Notes: generated by a model from the sequence alone, not told the origin. Shown: positions 10,516 to 21,400, counted from the stretch's first letter. The stretch: DNA of 64,000 nucleotides from Squalus acanthias (GCA_030390025.1 JASTWF010000367.1:310001-374000), one strand, 5' to 3'. Numbers and translations are program-made.

Positions 10516-13500
10516 TTAAATCCTGAGAAGGCTGCTGCGAGCTCTTCCCGACGGTGGGAGGGCACTGACCCTTCCTTCTGATCTGCCGCAGCCTGTTGCT
10601 GCGCTGACCCTTTCCTCTGATCTGCCGCAGCCTGTTACTGCTTCGATGTGGCCTGTCTCTACCCGGGTTATCTTAACCTGAAACTTACGCCCTGGGGCAG
10701 CCTGTGGACCTGACCACGTCTTCCTGGGCTGGGGTGCTCTGCTTGACCTACGGGGAACTGCTATGGGCGGGGGCTCCGTGACGGACGGACCGGGTCCCGA
10801 GACCTTCAACGGGATGACCTGGGGTTCCATCACAGGCGCCAGCCCCGCCTCCGCTGACTCCGCCTCCCTAACCTCGGGGCTGGCAGTTCGGGGCCCCGCC
10901 CTGCTCGGCCCAGCAGGCGGCCCTTCACTCGCGAACTCTGCCTCCCCTGAGGACTGGACGTTTACAGCGGGCGGCCACACCTCTGGGAACCACATAGCGG
11001 CTGGCCCGGCCTCCTCTAGCTCCCTCCTCCTGCTGTCGGGACCTGCAGCTTGTGTGTCCACCCCGTATGGATCTCTACCTAGCGGCCCCAATCCTTCCAG
11101 ACCGTTCCTGTGAAACCACCCGTCATCATCACTATGCTCGTCTGCACTATCCTCATCTGACCAGGGTACCCTGGGGTCCTCGTCATCTAACCCCCAACTC
11201 CAGAAAAACGCTGCATGATCGTCCGGGATGTCCCTTCCCCTGATGCAAGCTGCTACGCCTGCCTGTGTGCCTTGTGGTCCTACCTGGGGCTGTGTTTTCC
11301 CATTGGCGGGATTTACCCCTGTAGTTTTCCCTTGCGCACCCGGCTGGTACAGTTTACATTGGTTTATGTGGAACCACTTAATGCGCCGAGGTACTTTTAC
11401 GGCGTAAACCATGGGACTTGCCTTGTCTACAATGTTGTAGGGTCCCATATACAGTGGTTCCAGACTCCCTACTCTGGCGTAGTTTCTGACCATGACCTGG
11501 TCTCCTACTTCCCACTCCCGCGTTTTGCGGGGTTCCAGCAACAAGCGATTGCCCTGGTGCTGCCTTCCCATGTTCCCAGCCGCCTGCTCATAAACTTGCT
11601 TCAGGCGCTCCAAGAGAGTTTGGGCGAACTTGTCCCTGCTGATCTCTTGAAGCTGACCCTCAGTGAGCACCGGGGCTAGCACATGGGTGGGGGTTCGCAT
11701 GAGCCTGCCGGTCATTACCTCGTGCGGGGAGTACCCCGTACTTTTTGACTGACTGGCCCGGACCCCCATGAGGACTAAAGGCAGAACTTCCGCCCATTTT
11801 TGGGGCGAGTTCCTAGTCTCTTTCCTCAATTTCTCCTTCAGGGTCCGGTTCATACGTTCAACAATCCCGGATGACTGGGGATTGTGTGCTACGTGCCACT
11901 TCCCTTCAATGCCCAAAAGCATGAGGGTGTTCTGCATCACCTGGCCGGTGAAATGACTCCCTTGGTCTGACTCCACGAAACGGGGGAGTCCCCACCGCGA
12001 GAACACTTCCCGGACCAAGATTTTTGCTGTACCCAGTGCCGTAGCTGTTCGACAAGGGAAGGCTTCCACCCACTTGGAAAACACATCCACCAGGACGAGG
12101 CAGTACTTATAACCTCCCTGGGTGGTGGGCAGGGGTCCTATATAGTCGATCTGTATCGACTGCCATGGTCCCTCTACCCTTCTTACGTGTCCCATGGGCA
12201 CCTTCCTTTTCTGGGGGTCTGGGTTGTTTGCAGCGCACACAAGACAGTTTGCACAGAACTCGCGGACTTGTTCCCTGAGCCCTGGCCACCATCCCGCTTG
12301 CTCTACCCGTTGCCAGGTAACCTCGGGCCCGGGGTGCCCTGCCCCTGGTCCCTCGTGAGCCAACTGGAGGAATTCCCTCCTGTGCTGCTGCGGCACAACC
12401 CACTGCTCCTCGCGGAACAGCATGCCTTCCTTAACTGAGAGGGTTGCCGTACTGTACGGACCTTCTACCTGCCTCCCCTCAGCAATCGTTTTTAGGACTG
12501 CTTTTAGGGCGGGATCCTGGGCTTGGACGGTCTTAAGGTCTAGGGGCAATGCTACCCTGGTGTTCCCGGTATTCCCGTCCCCACCTCGGACCGCTGCCAA
12601 GGGTCCGGTTCTATAGGGGTTCCAGAAAGTACCGTCGCGGGCACCCTCCCTGGCTAGCGCATCCGCCTGCCGGTTGCCCTCCCCACGGGGCTCTGTGGAG
12701 GAGTGAGCTTTCACCTTATGGATGAAAATCTCCCCTTCCTCCCCTACTGCTGCTGCTAAGATCTTCTCCAGCAAGGGCTTTACCGTTAAAGGTCGCCCGT
12801 CCGCGGAGGTGTATCCACGGCGGGACCAAATGGCCAGGTATTCCGTACACGAATTGCAGGTGAACATACTGTCCGAGCAAATCGTGTATGGGGTTGGGAA
12901 AATGTCTGGGTGGGTTACCACGTACACCACGGCAGACAGCTCAGCCTGCTGCGCGCTCATGGTGCTAGGGAGCTTGATCGCCAGGGCAAGGTCTGCCGCA
13001 GGGTCATAAACTCCACACCCTGTGAGTCGCTCGCCAGCAGATACTGTGCTAGACCCATCAACATAAATCTCGCGCCCAGTGGGATGTATCCCGGCCCGTA
13101 AACCTATGTTGACTTCCCACACCCCCTCCACCGAACACCGGTGGGCTGTACCGGGGTATACCAAATTGGCCGCAAGCCTGGGCTCGCAAAGACCTTTTAC
13201 TCTGATGTCCAACTGGGAGAGAAGAAGGGTCCAACGCGCAATGCGTGCGCTGCTTACGGTCCCGTCTTTAATCCTCCCATCCAGAAGCATCTTAGTTGGT
13301 GTGTGATGTGTGAGGAGAGTGATGGGAGAGAGCCCTGTGAAGATCGCTGATCTTTTCACAGCCCAATGCGTGGCTAAAAGGTGCCTTTCGCAATTGGAAA
13401 AACTTCTCTCCACATCCGTTAATACCCTGGATGAATAGACAACCGGCCTCAGCTTGCCGTGACGCTCTTGGAGCAGCACGGCGCTTAAGCTGTCTCCGCT

Positions 13501-15018
13501 GGCAGCTACCTCCAGGAAAAACTCCTTCCCCCCATCTATGGCCCCTAAGGCTGGCGCGGTCTGCAGATCCCTTTTTAACTTCTCGAAGGCTGCTTGGCAG
13601 CCCTCGTCCCAAAGCCACTCTACTCCCTTATGGAGGAGTCGGAGGAGCGGCGCCGCTGTGGCCGCATAATCCTCGATAAAATCCCTGCAGTAACCGGTCA
13701 GTCCCAAGAAGGACCTCACACCCCTTACGTTGTTGGGAATCGGTAATTCTTGCACCGACTCCCTCCTTGCTTTGTCTATGGCTCTTTCCCCAGCGCGTAG
13801 GGTCAGCCCCAGGAATTTTACTTCCTGCTGACCGATACGTGCTTTCTTTGGGTTTACTTTAAAACCCTTTCTCGCTAACAGCTCCAATAACTCGTCCAGC
13901 AGTGGTCCGTGCTCCTCCCTTGAGTCCGTAAATAGGAGCAAATCATCCACATACTGTACTATCTGATTGGGCTGACTAAACTCCTTTAAACTTCCTGCCA
14001 TACACTGGTGAAAAATACTGGGGCTATTGTGGAAACCTTGTGGCAAGCAGTTCCACGTGTACTGTTGCCCTTTAAACGTAAAGGCAAACTTGTACTGGTC
14101 CTCTCGCCGCAGCGGGATGGACCAAAAACCGTTCGAGATATCCAGCACCGTGAACGTGGTCGCGGACGCTGGGATGCTCCCTATTAGGTCAGCAACTGCT
14201 GCTACTGTGGGCGCGCAGGCGGGGATGTTACTGTTAAGGACTCTGTAGTCCACCGTGGCTCTCCACGAATTATCCGGCTTCCTAACCGGCCATAATGGGG
14301 AGTTCACGTGTGTGGCTATCGGCCTCAACACGCCCTGCTGCACCAAGGAAGACATTGCTGCCTCCATATCGGGTTCTGCTTCTTTGGGGAAGTTGTACTG
14401 CTTTTGGGGTCGGGTCATGGGGTCCCCATCTACGCTGACCTCAAACCCGACCACCCTCCCACAATCGTGCTTGTGGGTTGCAAACGCGTGCATATTATCT
14501 GTCACGTACGTCTGCATGTCCGTTGGGACATCTGCGACCATAAGCCTGAGGTCGTAGCCTCCGGATGGCTGTACGGTACACAGGACCCCTGTTTCTTCCT
14601 CCCCTTGAATTACCATTACCTCGCCTTTTTCCCCTTTAGCCCCCCAGAGACAGTGATTTCTGAGGTCCACGAGGATCCCGTGTCCCGCTAGCAGATCGGA
14701 CCCGAGAATACCTCTTCCACCCCCCTTTTGCCATGCCATCAGTATACACTTCCACTTAATGCGAAGTGTCCCTAAACGAATGGATAGCGGGAGGGAAAAC
14801 GTGCCAGCCTGTTCTTTCCCTGTGAACCCTGCTAGCGTGAATGGGACCTTGGTAGATAGCGGCGAGTCAAAAGGGTCATCTGTATGGATTATGGTGCAAG
14901 AAGCTCCCGTGTCCAACAGATAACTGCCCTTTTGTTTCTCTACCTCCATCTCCACCACAGGTCGCCTCCACGCATCATAGCTGAGCGGACACAGGTAGAC
15001 GGGCTGTGCTGGTTCTAG
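10516..15018 (-). CDS. pol: Pol polyprotein (PR-RT-tether-RNase H-IN plus C-terminal tail), in frame with gag behind a UGA
   Basis: LLDTGAS protease; LPQGF...YVDD RT (13953-13942); degenerate RNase H (FFLEVAAS); second RNase H (YVDGSS, SAQQAEL, SDS, KVKAH, GNRQAD); HHCC and D-D-E integrase; GPY motif. The frame is open from 15018. Confidence 0.95.
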   Translation of the reverse strand, partial: LEPAQPVYLCPLSYDAWRRPVVEMEVEKQKGSYLLDTGASCTIIHTDDPFDSPLSTKVPFTLAGFTGKEQAGTFSLPLSIRLGTLRIKWKCILMAWQKGGGRGILGSDLLAGHGILVDLRNHCLWGAKGEKGEVMVIQGEEETGVLCTVQPSGGYDLRLMVADVPTDMQTYVTDNMHAFATHKHDCGRVVGFEVSVDGDPMTRPQKQYNFPKEAEPDMEAAMSSLVQQGVLRPIATHVNSPLWPVRKPDNSWRATVDYRVLNSNIPACAPTVAAVADLIGSIPASATTFTVLDISNGFWSIPLRREDQYKFAFTFKGQQYTWNCLPQGFHNSPSIFHQCMAGSLKEFSQPNQIVQYVDDLLLFTDSREEHGPLLDELLELLARKGFKVNPKKARIGQQEVKFLGLTLRAGERAIDKARRESVQELPIPNNVRGVRSFLGLTGYCRDFIEDYAATAAPLLRLLHKGVEWLWDEGCQAAFEKLKRDLQTAPALGAIDGGKEFFLEVAASGDSLSAVLLQERHGKLRPVVYSSRVLTDVERSFSNCERHLLATHWAVKRSAIFTGLSPITLLTHHTPTKMLLDGRIKDGTVSSARIARWTLLLSQLDIRVKGLCEPRLAANLVYPGTAHRCSVEGVWEVNIGLRAGIHPTGREIYVDGSSTVSAGERLTGCGVYDPAADLALAIKLPSTMSAQQAELSAVVYVVTHPDIFPTPYTICSDSMFTCNSCTEYLAIWSRRGYTSADGRPLTVKPLLEKILAAAVGEEGEIFIHKVKAHSSTEPRGEGNRQADALAREGARDGTFWNPYRTGPLAAVRGGDGNTGNTRVALPLDLKTVQAQDPALKAVLKTIAEGRQVEGPYSTATLSVKEGMLFREEQWVVPQQHRREFLQLAHEGPGAGHPGPEVTWQRVEQAGWWPGLREQVREFCANCLVCAANNPDPQKRKVPMGHVRRVEGPWQSIQIDYIGPLPTTQGGYKYCLVLVDVFSKWVEAFPCRTATALGTAKILVREVFSRWGLPRFVESDQGSHFTGQVMQNTLMLLGIEGKWHVAHNPQSSGIVERMNRTLKEKLRKETRNSPQKWAEVLPLVLMGVRASQSKSTGYSPHEVMTGRLMRTPTHVLAPVLTEGQLQEISRDKFAQTLLERLKQVYEQAAGNMGRQHQGNRLLLEPRKTREWEVGDQVMVRNYARVGSLEPLYMGPYNIVDKASPMVYAVKVPRRIKWFHINQCKLYQPGAQGKTTGVNPANGKTQPQVGPQGTQAGVAACIRGRDIPDDHAAFFWSWGLDDEDPRVPWSDEDSADEHSDDDGWFHRNGLEGLGPLGRDPYGVDTQAAGPDSRRRELEEAGPAAMWFPEVWPPAVNVQSSGEAEFASEGPPAGPSRAGPRTASPEVREAESAEAGLAPVMEPQVIPLKVSGPGPSVTEPPPIAVPRRSSRAPQPRKTWSGPQAAPGRKFQVKITRVETGHIEAVTGCGRSEERVSAATGCGRSEGRVSALPPSGRARSSLLRI

Positions 15019-16830
15019 TCATGGGGCACTATTAGACGGTCCTGCGGCACCTACGGGGCCGGTTGCGACCGCCACCTGTCCACGCGCATTTAAAACCATC
15101 TTGCGCATGACTCCTAACACTGCTTCGAGGTCTTCGGGAGAGGTGGGTACCTTTGCTTCCTTAGCCGGGACAGGCGCCTGGGCTCGGACCGCGGGATTCT
15201 TATCCTTGGAATCCTTCCAAGGGTTCCTGCAGTGCTTGCGCCAGTGCCCTGTCTTCCCACACCCGTAACAGGCATTGCTTGCCGGTGGGGCGCGATTACC
15301 CTCCTGATGCCACTCTCTTTGAGCCGGGGCTGCGGGTCGTACCTCATGTACTCTTCCCTTAAAGGGACGTGTTGCCATACCCCTTATGTTACGGTAACCT
15401 AACGTGAGTCGATTCAAGACCGACTCTTCCGTAAGGTTGAGGTCATTGGGATCGAACCAGGCTTTTGCCTGCTCTCTAACGGCTGGTAAACTGTTGGCTA
15501 TTATGCACCTAAGCCAATGAATTAAAGCGGCGCCTTCCACATCTTCGCGCTCGGGCGCACCTAGACAGCTGCGCTCATATACTGGCCACAGCCTGTCGGC
15601 AAAAACCTTCGGGGGTTCTCCCTCCATCTGCACTGTCTGTCCCACTCTAGCAAACGGACCTCCGTCGTTCGCTCCCACTACTTCTAGGACCTCATTTTTC
15701 AATTCCTCATAACTTTTGTTACCCCTCTTGCTATCGCCTGAGAGACACTGAAGGACCGAGCTATCTAAAGAGAACAGCAGCATTTTTGCTGTCTCCCCAT
15801 CATCGCAGCCGTTGATGGCTGCGGCTTGCTCAACTTCCCTAAAATGTACGGAAGGGTCGTCTATCTCGGTCAGCTTCCTTACGTGGTTTATCATAGCCCT
15901 CAGCTGATGTGAACTGTGAGGCAACACCAGCTGTCCGAGGAGATCCCCCGGTTCTTCCCCACCGTTTCTGCTTGGGCCCCTTTTAATCCCCGTTACTGGA
16001 TACAACGATCCCTTTTCTACTTCCTTTTCAACGGGCTCTTTTGTTTCTTCCGTTGCTTCCTCCCTAACCCAGGTTTCTGAATAGCTGGGTGGCGCGGAGG
16101 GCGCAGTGGCTACTACTTCTTCTGCTTTACTTGGTGGGGAATTTCTAAATCTCTCATTTACTAGCGGCTGGCGTGCCGACGGATTAATAAGGCACACCAT
16201 GCCGTTCGCATTATTCACGGCCTTTTTGAGGCTCTCTATCTCTTTTTCGCAGGCGCTATGGTCGGCTCCCTGAAACTTATCCTCAAGGGCCAACTTATAC
16301 GCCGACCTAACCCCCATTAAGCTCTCTTCTTGAGTTCTTATCTGGGCAGCTTGACGGTTACATCTTTCCTTCATCCTATTTTCGTTTAATTTTGCTTCAG
16401 TGATCTGGCACTCGAGATACTCTACCCTTGTTTTAAGGTAACTGGAGACTTCCTGGCTTTCCTGGCGTAACTCATTTAAACTCTTAATGAGCACCTCCCC
16501 TCCAGAAACCTTCTCCTCCATTTCCTCCTCTAACTGCTTGATTCGAGCGGTTAGCGCTGTATTGGTCTGGTTTGAAATCTGGACCTGCCTTTTGTAGCAC
16601 ATAAGCCAGACTGCTTTTTCAACTGCCTTTTTATGCTCCTTACTATCCGTCCACCTTTCAGCTGCCTCTAATGGGCTCTTATCCGCTAACAATTCGCTTA
16701 TCCACTTTTTCGTTAGATTAACCTTTCCAAACACGTAATCCGCTATCTTTTCCTGCATCACATTTCGTACAGTCATTCCAAAATCCAACACACCACCCTC
16801 TCGCTGCCAATGTCCTGCCGCGGTCGCCAT
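15019..16830 (-). CDS. gag: Gag polyprotein, up to 603 aa
   Basis: Coiled-coil region; PSAPPSY late-domain motif (16101-16081); CCHC zinc knuckle CYGCGKTGHWRKHC (15270-15229). The first ATG overlaps the PBS, so the true start may be a downstream Met. Confidence 0.92.
   Translation of the reverse strand: MATAAGHWQREGGVLDFGMTVRNVMQEKIADYVFGKVNLTKKWISELLADKSPLEAAERWTDSKEHKKAVEKAVWLMCYKRQVQISNQTNTALTARIKQLEEEMEEKVSGGEVLIKSLNELRQESQEVSSYLKTRVEYLECQITEAKLNENRMKERCNRQAAQIRTQEESLMGVRSAYKLALEDKFQGADHSACEKEIESLKKAVNNANGMVCLINPSARQPLVNERFRNSPPSKAEEVVATAPSAPPSYSETWVREEATEETKEPVEKEVEKGSLYPVTGIKRGPSRNGGEEPGDLLGQLVLPHSSHQLRAMINHVRKLTEIDDPSVHFREVEQAAAINGCDDGETAKMLLFSLDSSVLQCLSGDSKRGNKSYEELKNEVLEVVGANDGGPFARVGQTVQMEGEPPKVFADRLWPVYERSCLGAPEREDVEGAALIHWLRCIIANSLPAVREQAKAWFDPNDLNLTEESVLNRLTLGYRNIRGMATRPFKGRVHEVRPAAPAQREWHQEGNRAPPASNACYGCGKTGHWRKHCRNPWKDSKDKNPAVRAQAPVPAKEAKVPTSPEDLEAVLGVMRKMVLNARGQVAVATGPVGAAGPSNSAP
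16812..16829 (-). promoter_or_regulatory. Primer binding site complementary to tRNA-Arg(UCG)
   Basis: Minus strand TGGCGACCGCGGCAGGAC, 5 nt after the 5' LTR. The plus strand GTCCTGCCGCGGTCGCCA equals the 3' 18 nt of vertebrate tRNA-Arg(TCG) including CCA (tRNA sequence from memory). Confidence 0.85.
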
Positions 16831-16834
16831 TTTC

Positions 16835-18430
16835 TGTAAGGGATACTCTCCTGACCCTGCGTGTCTCGTAGCCTGTGAGATTCACGCGGCTCTGTGCAGC
16901 CTGTATGTCAGTGCGGGTCTAGGCCTGGTCCCCAGCCAGTCTGGGAACACTAGACACCCCTGTGAGTGGTTCGAATCACTCTCCCTTACGGTTCTAGACA
17001 CTGGACTTAGATGCGAGAGCAGTAATGGAGATAAAACTCATGTAGACTTGGTTTGAACGGTACGAAATGGAAAATCTTTATTGCATGATACTTAAAATTA
17101 TGAAATACATGTCATATGCACAGATTAATGACAGTACAATCTTACAAACGGTTATAATCACTCTTAGGGAAACGAGGAACGACCAGCACAACGTAAATAG
17201 GGCACACATTACAAATATCCTTACTTTAAACCCTCCCCTATCAATAACTATCCTAAAACTAGCTTCGTAGGATCCCGAGACTCATGCTCACCACTCGTAA
17301 TAACTCGGAGAAATCCCGAATAGCTGATCGGATGTTTTCCACCTCAGCACCCACGTGTTGGTCAGGAGATCTCCTGGTCCCACTTGTTTACTGCTTCTGC
17401 TGCTCGGTCAGTCGGCTGGACCGTCCGCTGTAGTGAAGACCTCTGTTGGTTGGATACAGGGTATGGTGGAGCACCGTTGTCAATATCATTGATACGATGT
17501 GTTTGCACAGTCCAGTTATCGTCGATGCAATATGTCTTGTTAAAGAAGAAAACTTCGTTGTCAAGAAGACTTGGCTGATCGACCTACAGGCGCGGTCGGG
17601 ATTTACTGACCGTGGCGATGGATAAGGTCTTCTTCTCTTCTCCTCTCATCTCATCTCATCTCATCTCATCTCGGGCCTTTGGTTCCGCTGCCAGCTACCA
17701 ACATAGGTCTTTGCAACAGTCTTTTACCCAGGAGCAGCCACGATGATAACAGCAGCAAGCGGCAAGAGTCACGAACACGAGGCAGGAGCAAGAATCAAGA
17801 GTCAAGAGACAGAATGGACGGTTTGGGCCTGCAATTATAGTGCACAGTTCTTCCGTTTCCCGCCCAACTATAATGTCCATTCTTTTGTTTAAGGTTTGGC
17901 GCCCAAAAGGTCCTGTATGGGTGATCTCTGTCTTTAATGGGTTTCGGGGCTACTCCTGAATGTTTGAGTACCTGCTAATACTTCTCCCATTGTTAAATCG
18001 GTCGGTGTTCCCCCTGGAGGGGTTTGGGGCTTCCAAGTGTCCTGTATAACTACCTGCTAACGGCTCTCTCATCGTAGAGCCGTTGGGAGTTTACATATTA
18101 ATGTCCTTTGGATGGGCCCTTGATGGCTTTCCTTTGTACCTGGGAGACCGATTCCAGTATCGATGTTTATACTGTAAACCCATAATGTCCTGTGTATTGT
18201 CTTCACTGTGCTGAATCGTTATCGATCCTGCAAAAATGTTTATTGGAACGCCATCTTGTCTGCCTGCCGAAAAGTCTCGAATGTTCTGTCACGCGGTGCG
18301 GCGGCCATTTTACAGGCTGCTTGTGTCCAATTTAAACCTGACAGCATTCCGCTGAAATAAAAGCTGTTTTGAACGAAACTTGTGTTTTCTCCTTATTAAA
18401 AATGAAATCGCGATAATTGCGAATTCTACA
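16835..18430 (-). repeat. 5' LTR of provirus (1596 bp)
   Basis: Direct repeat of 5863-7458 at offset 10972; followed on the minus strand by the PBS and gag. Confidence 0.97.
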
Positions 18431-21400
18431 TGACCCTACTCTATCATTACTGGTGGTGACCCTACTCTAAAATTACTGATGGTGACCCTACTCTAACATT
18501 ACTGGTGGTGACCCTACTCTAAATTTACTGGTGAGGACCCGACTCTAACATTACTGATTTTGACCCTACTCTAATATTATTGGTGATGACCCGACTCTAA
18601 CATTACTGGCGATGACCCTACTCTATCATTACTGTTGATGGCCCTGCTCGAATATAACCTGTGATGACCCTACTCTATCATTACTGGTGGTGACCCTACT
18701 CTATCGTTACTGGTGGTGACCGTACTCTAACATTAATGGCGGTGACACTAATCTAACATTACTTGTGGCGACCCGACTCTAACATTACTGGTGTTCATGT
18801 TAATTTAACATCAATAGTCGTGACCCCGCACTAATATTAGTGATGGTGAAACAACTCTAAATTTACTGCTGCTGCCACTACTAAAACGTTAATGGCGGCA
18901 ACCCTACTGTAATATTACTTGTGTTTATTCTACTCTAAGACTTATGGTGACCCGAATCTAACATTAGTGGTGTTGTCCTTACTCCAATATTATTGGTGGA
19001 GCATCTGCTCTAAATTTACATGCGGTATCCATACTCTGACGTTACTGATGAATACCGTACTCTAACGTTACTGCTGGTGATCGCACTCTAAAATGAATAG
19101 AGTTAATCCTATTCTAACATGGTGGTGATAATAATCTAACTATTTGGCGGTGACGCACTCTAACTTTACTGATGGTAACTATACTCTAACATTAAAGGTG
19201 TTGGCCCTATCCTATCATTAGTGGCGTTAATCCTATTCAAATATTTTTGGTGATGACCCTACGCTAACATTACTGGCGGTGACCCTTTTCTATCATCAAT
19301 GATGGTGACCCTACTCTAACATTAATGGTGATGACCTTAATCTAACATTACTGATGCTGGCCACACTCTATCATTACTGGTGGTGATCCTATTTTAACAT
19401 TTTTGGGGATGCACCTACTCTAACATTACTGGTGGTGACCCTACTCTAACATTACTGGTGGTGACCCTACTCTAAAATTACTGGTGGTGACCCTACTCTA
19501 ACATTACTGGTGGTGACCCTACACTATCATTACTGGCGGTGAGGCTATTCTAACATTACTGGCGTTCACCCCACTCTAACATTACTGCTGGTGATTCTAC
19601 TCTAACATTATTGACGATGATTCTATTCTAATATTAATGGTGATGAGCCTACTCTAATACTACTGGTGATGACTCTACTCTATCATTACTGGTGGTGACT
19701 ATACTTTATCATTACTGGTGGTGATCCTACTCTAACATATCTCGTGGTGATCCGACTCTAACATTACTCGTGGTGACTCTACTCTAACATATCTCGTGGT
19801 GACCCTACACTAACATTACTGGTGGTTACTCTACTCTAACATATCGCGTGGTGACCCTACATTAACATTACTGGTGGTTACTCTACTGTAACAGATCTCG
19901 TGGTGACCCTACTCTAACATTACTAGTGGTGACCCTACTCTAACATTACTGGTGGTGAGACTACTCCAACATTATAGGCGGTCATTCTATCCGAATATTA
20001 CTAGTGATGACCCTACTCTAATATTACTGGTGATGATTCTACTCTATCATTACTGGTGGTGATCCTACTTTGTCATTACTGGTGGTGAGACTACTCTAAC
20101 ATTATTGGCGGTGATTCTATTCGAATATTACTAGTGATGACCCTACTCTAATATTACTCGTGATGACTCTACTCTATCATTACTGGTGGTGACCCTACTT
20201 TATCATTACTGGTGGTGACCCTACTCTAACATATCTCGTGGTGACCCTACTCTAACATTACTGGTGGTGACTCTGCTCTAACATATCTCGTGGTGACTCT
20301 ACTGTATCATTACTGATGGTGACTCTACTCTAACATATCTCGTGGTGAATCTACTGTATCATTACTAGTGGTGACCCTACTCTAACATATCTCGAGGTGA
20401 CCCTCTTCTAGCATTACTGGTGTTGAGACTACTCTAACATTATTGGCTGTGATTCTATTCAAATATTACTGATGATGACCCTACTCTAATATTATTGGTG
20501 ATGATTCTAATCTTTCATTAATGTTGTTGACCCAACTCTAACATTACTGGTGGTGAGCCTACACTATCGTTACTGGTGGTTACCCTATTCTATCGTTACT
20601 GGTGGTGACCCTTATCTAACATTATTGGTGTTGATGTTAGTTTAACATCATTAGACGTGACCCGCACTAACATTAGTGAGGGTGAATCCACTCTAATTTT
20701 ACTGCTGTTGACACAACTAAAACGTTAATGGCAGCAACGCTGCTGTAATATTACTTGTGTTTATTCTACTCTAAGACTGATGGTGACCCGAATCTAACAT
20801 TAGTGGCGGTGACCTTTCTCCAATATTACTGGTGGTGTATCTACTCTACCAGTACAAGTGGTCACCATACTCTGACGTTACTGATGAGTACTGTACTATA
20901 GCATTACTGCTGAGGAACGCACGCTAAAATTAATAGCATTAATCCTATTCTAACATGATGGTGACCATAATCTAACAATTTGACGGCGACCCATTTTAAC
21001 TTTACTGATGGTAACTATACGCTAGCATTAATGGTGATGACCCTACTCTAACATTACAGGCGGTGATACTTTTATAGCATTATTCGTGGTGACCCTACTC
21101 TAACATTAATGGTGATGACATTACTCTGTCATTACTGGTGATGGCCCTACACTATCTTTACTGGTGGTGATTCTATTCTAACATTTCTGGAGGTGATCCT
21201 ACTCTAACATTACTTGTGTTTACCCTACTCTTACATTACTGCTGGTGACCCTGCCCTAACATTACTGGTGTTGAATCTGCTATATCATTACTGGTGCTGA
21301 CCCTACACTAACACTACTGGTGGTGACCCTACTGAAACATTACAGGTGGTGACCCAACATTAACATTACTGGTGGTGACCCTACTCTAACATTAGTAGTG

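Larger units (their letters stand above)
5863..18430 (-). mobile_element. Complete endogenous retrovirus-like provirus (lokiretrovirus-like): LTR-gag-pol-env-LTR
   Basis: TG...CA direct repeats of 1596 bp; 4-bp TSD TGAC (5859-5862 and 18431-18434); PBS and PPT present; three uninterrupted ORFs. Confidence 0.95.
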
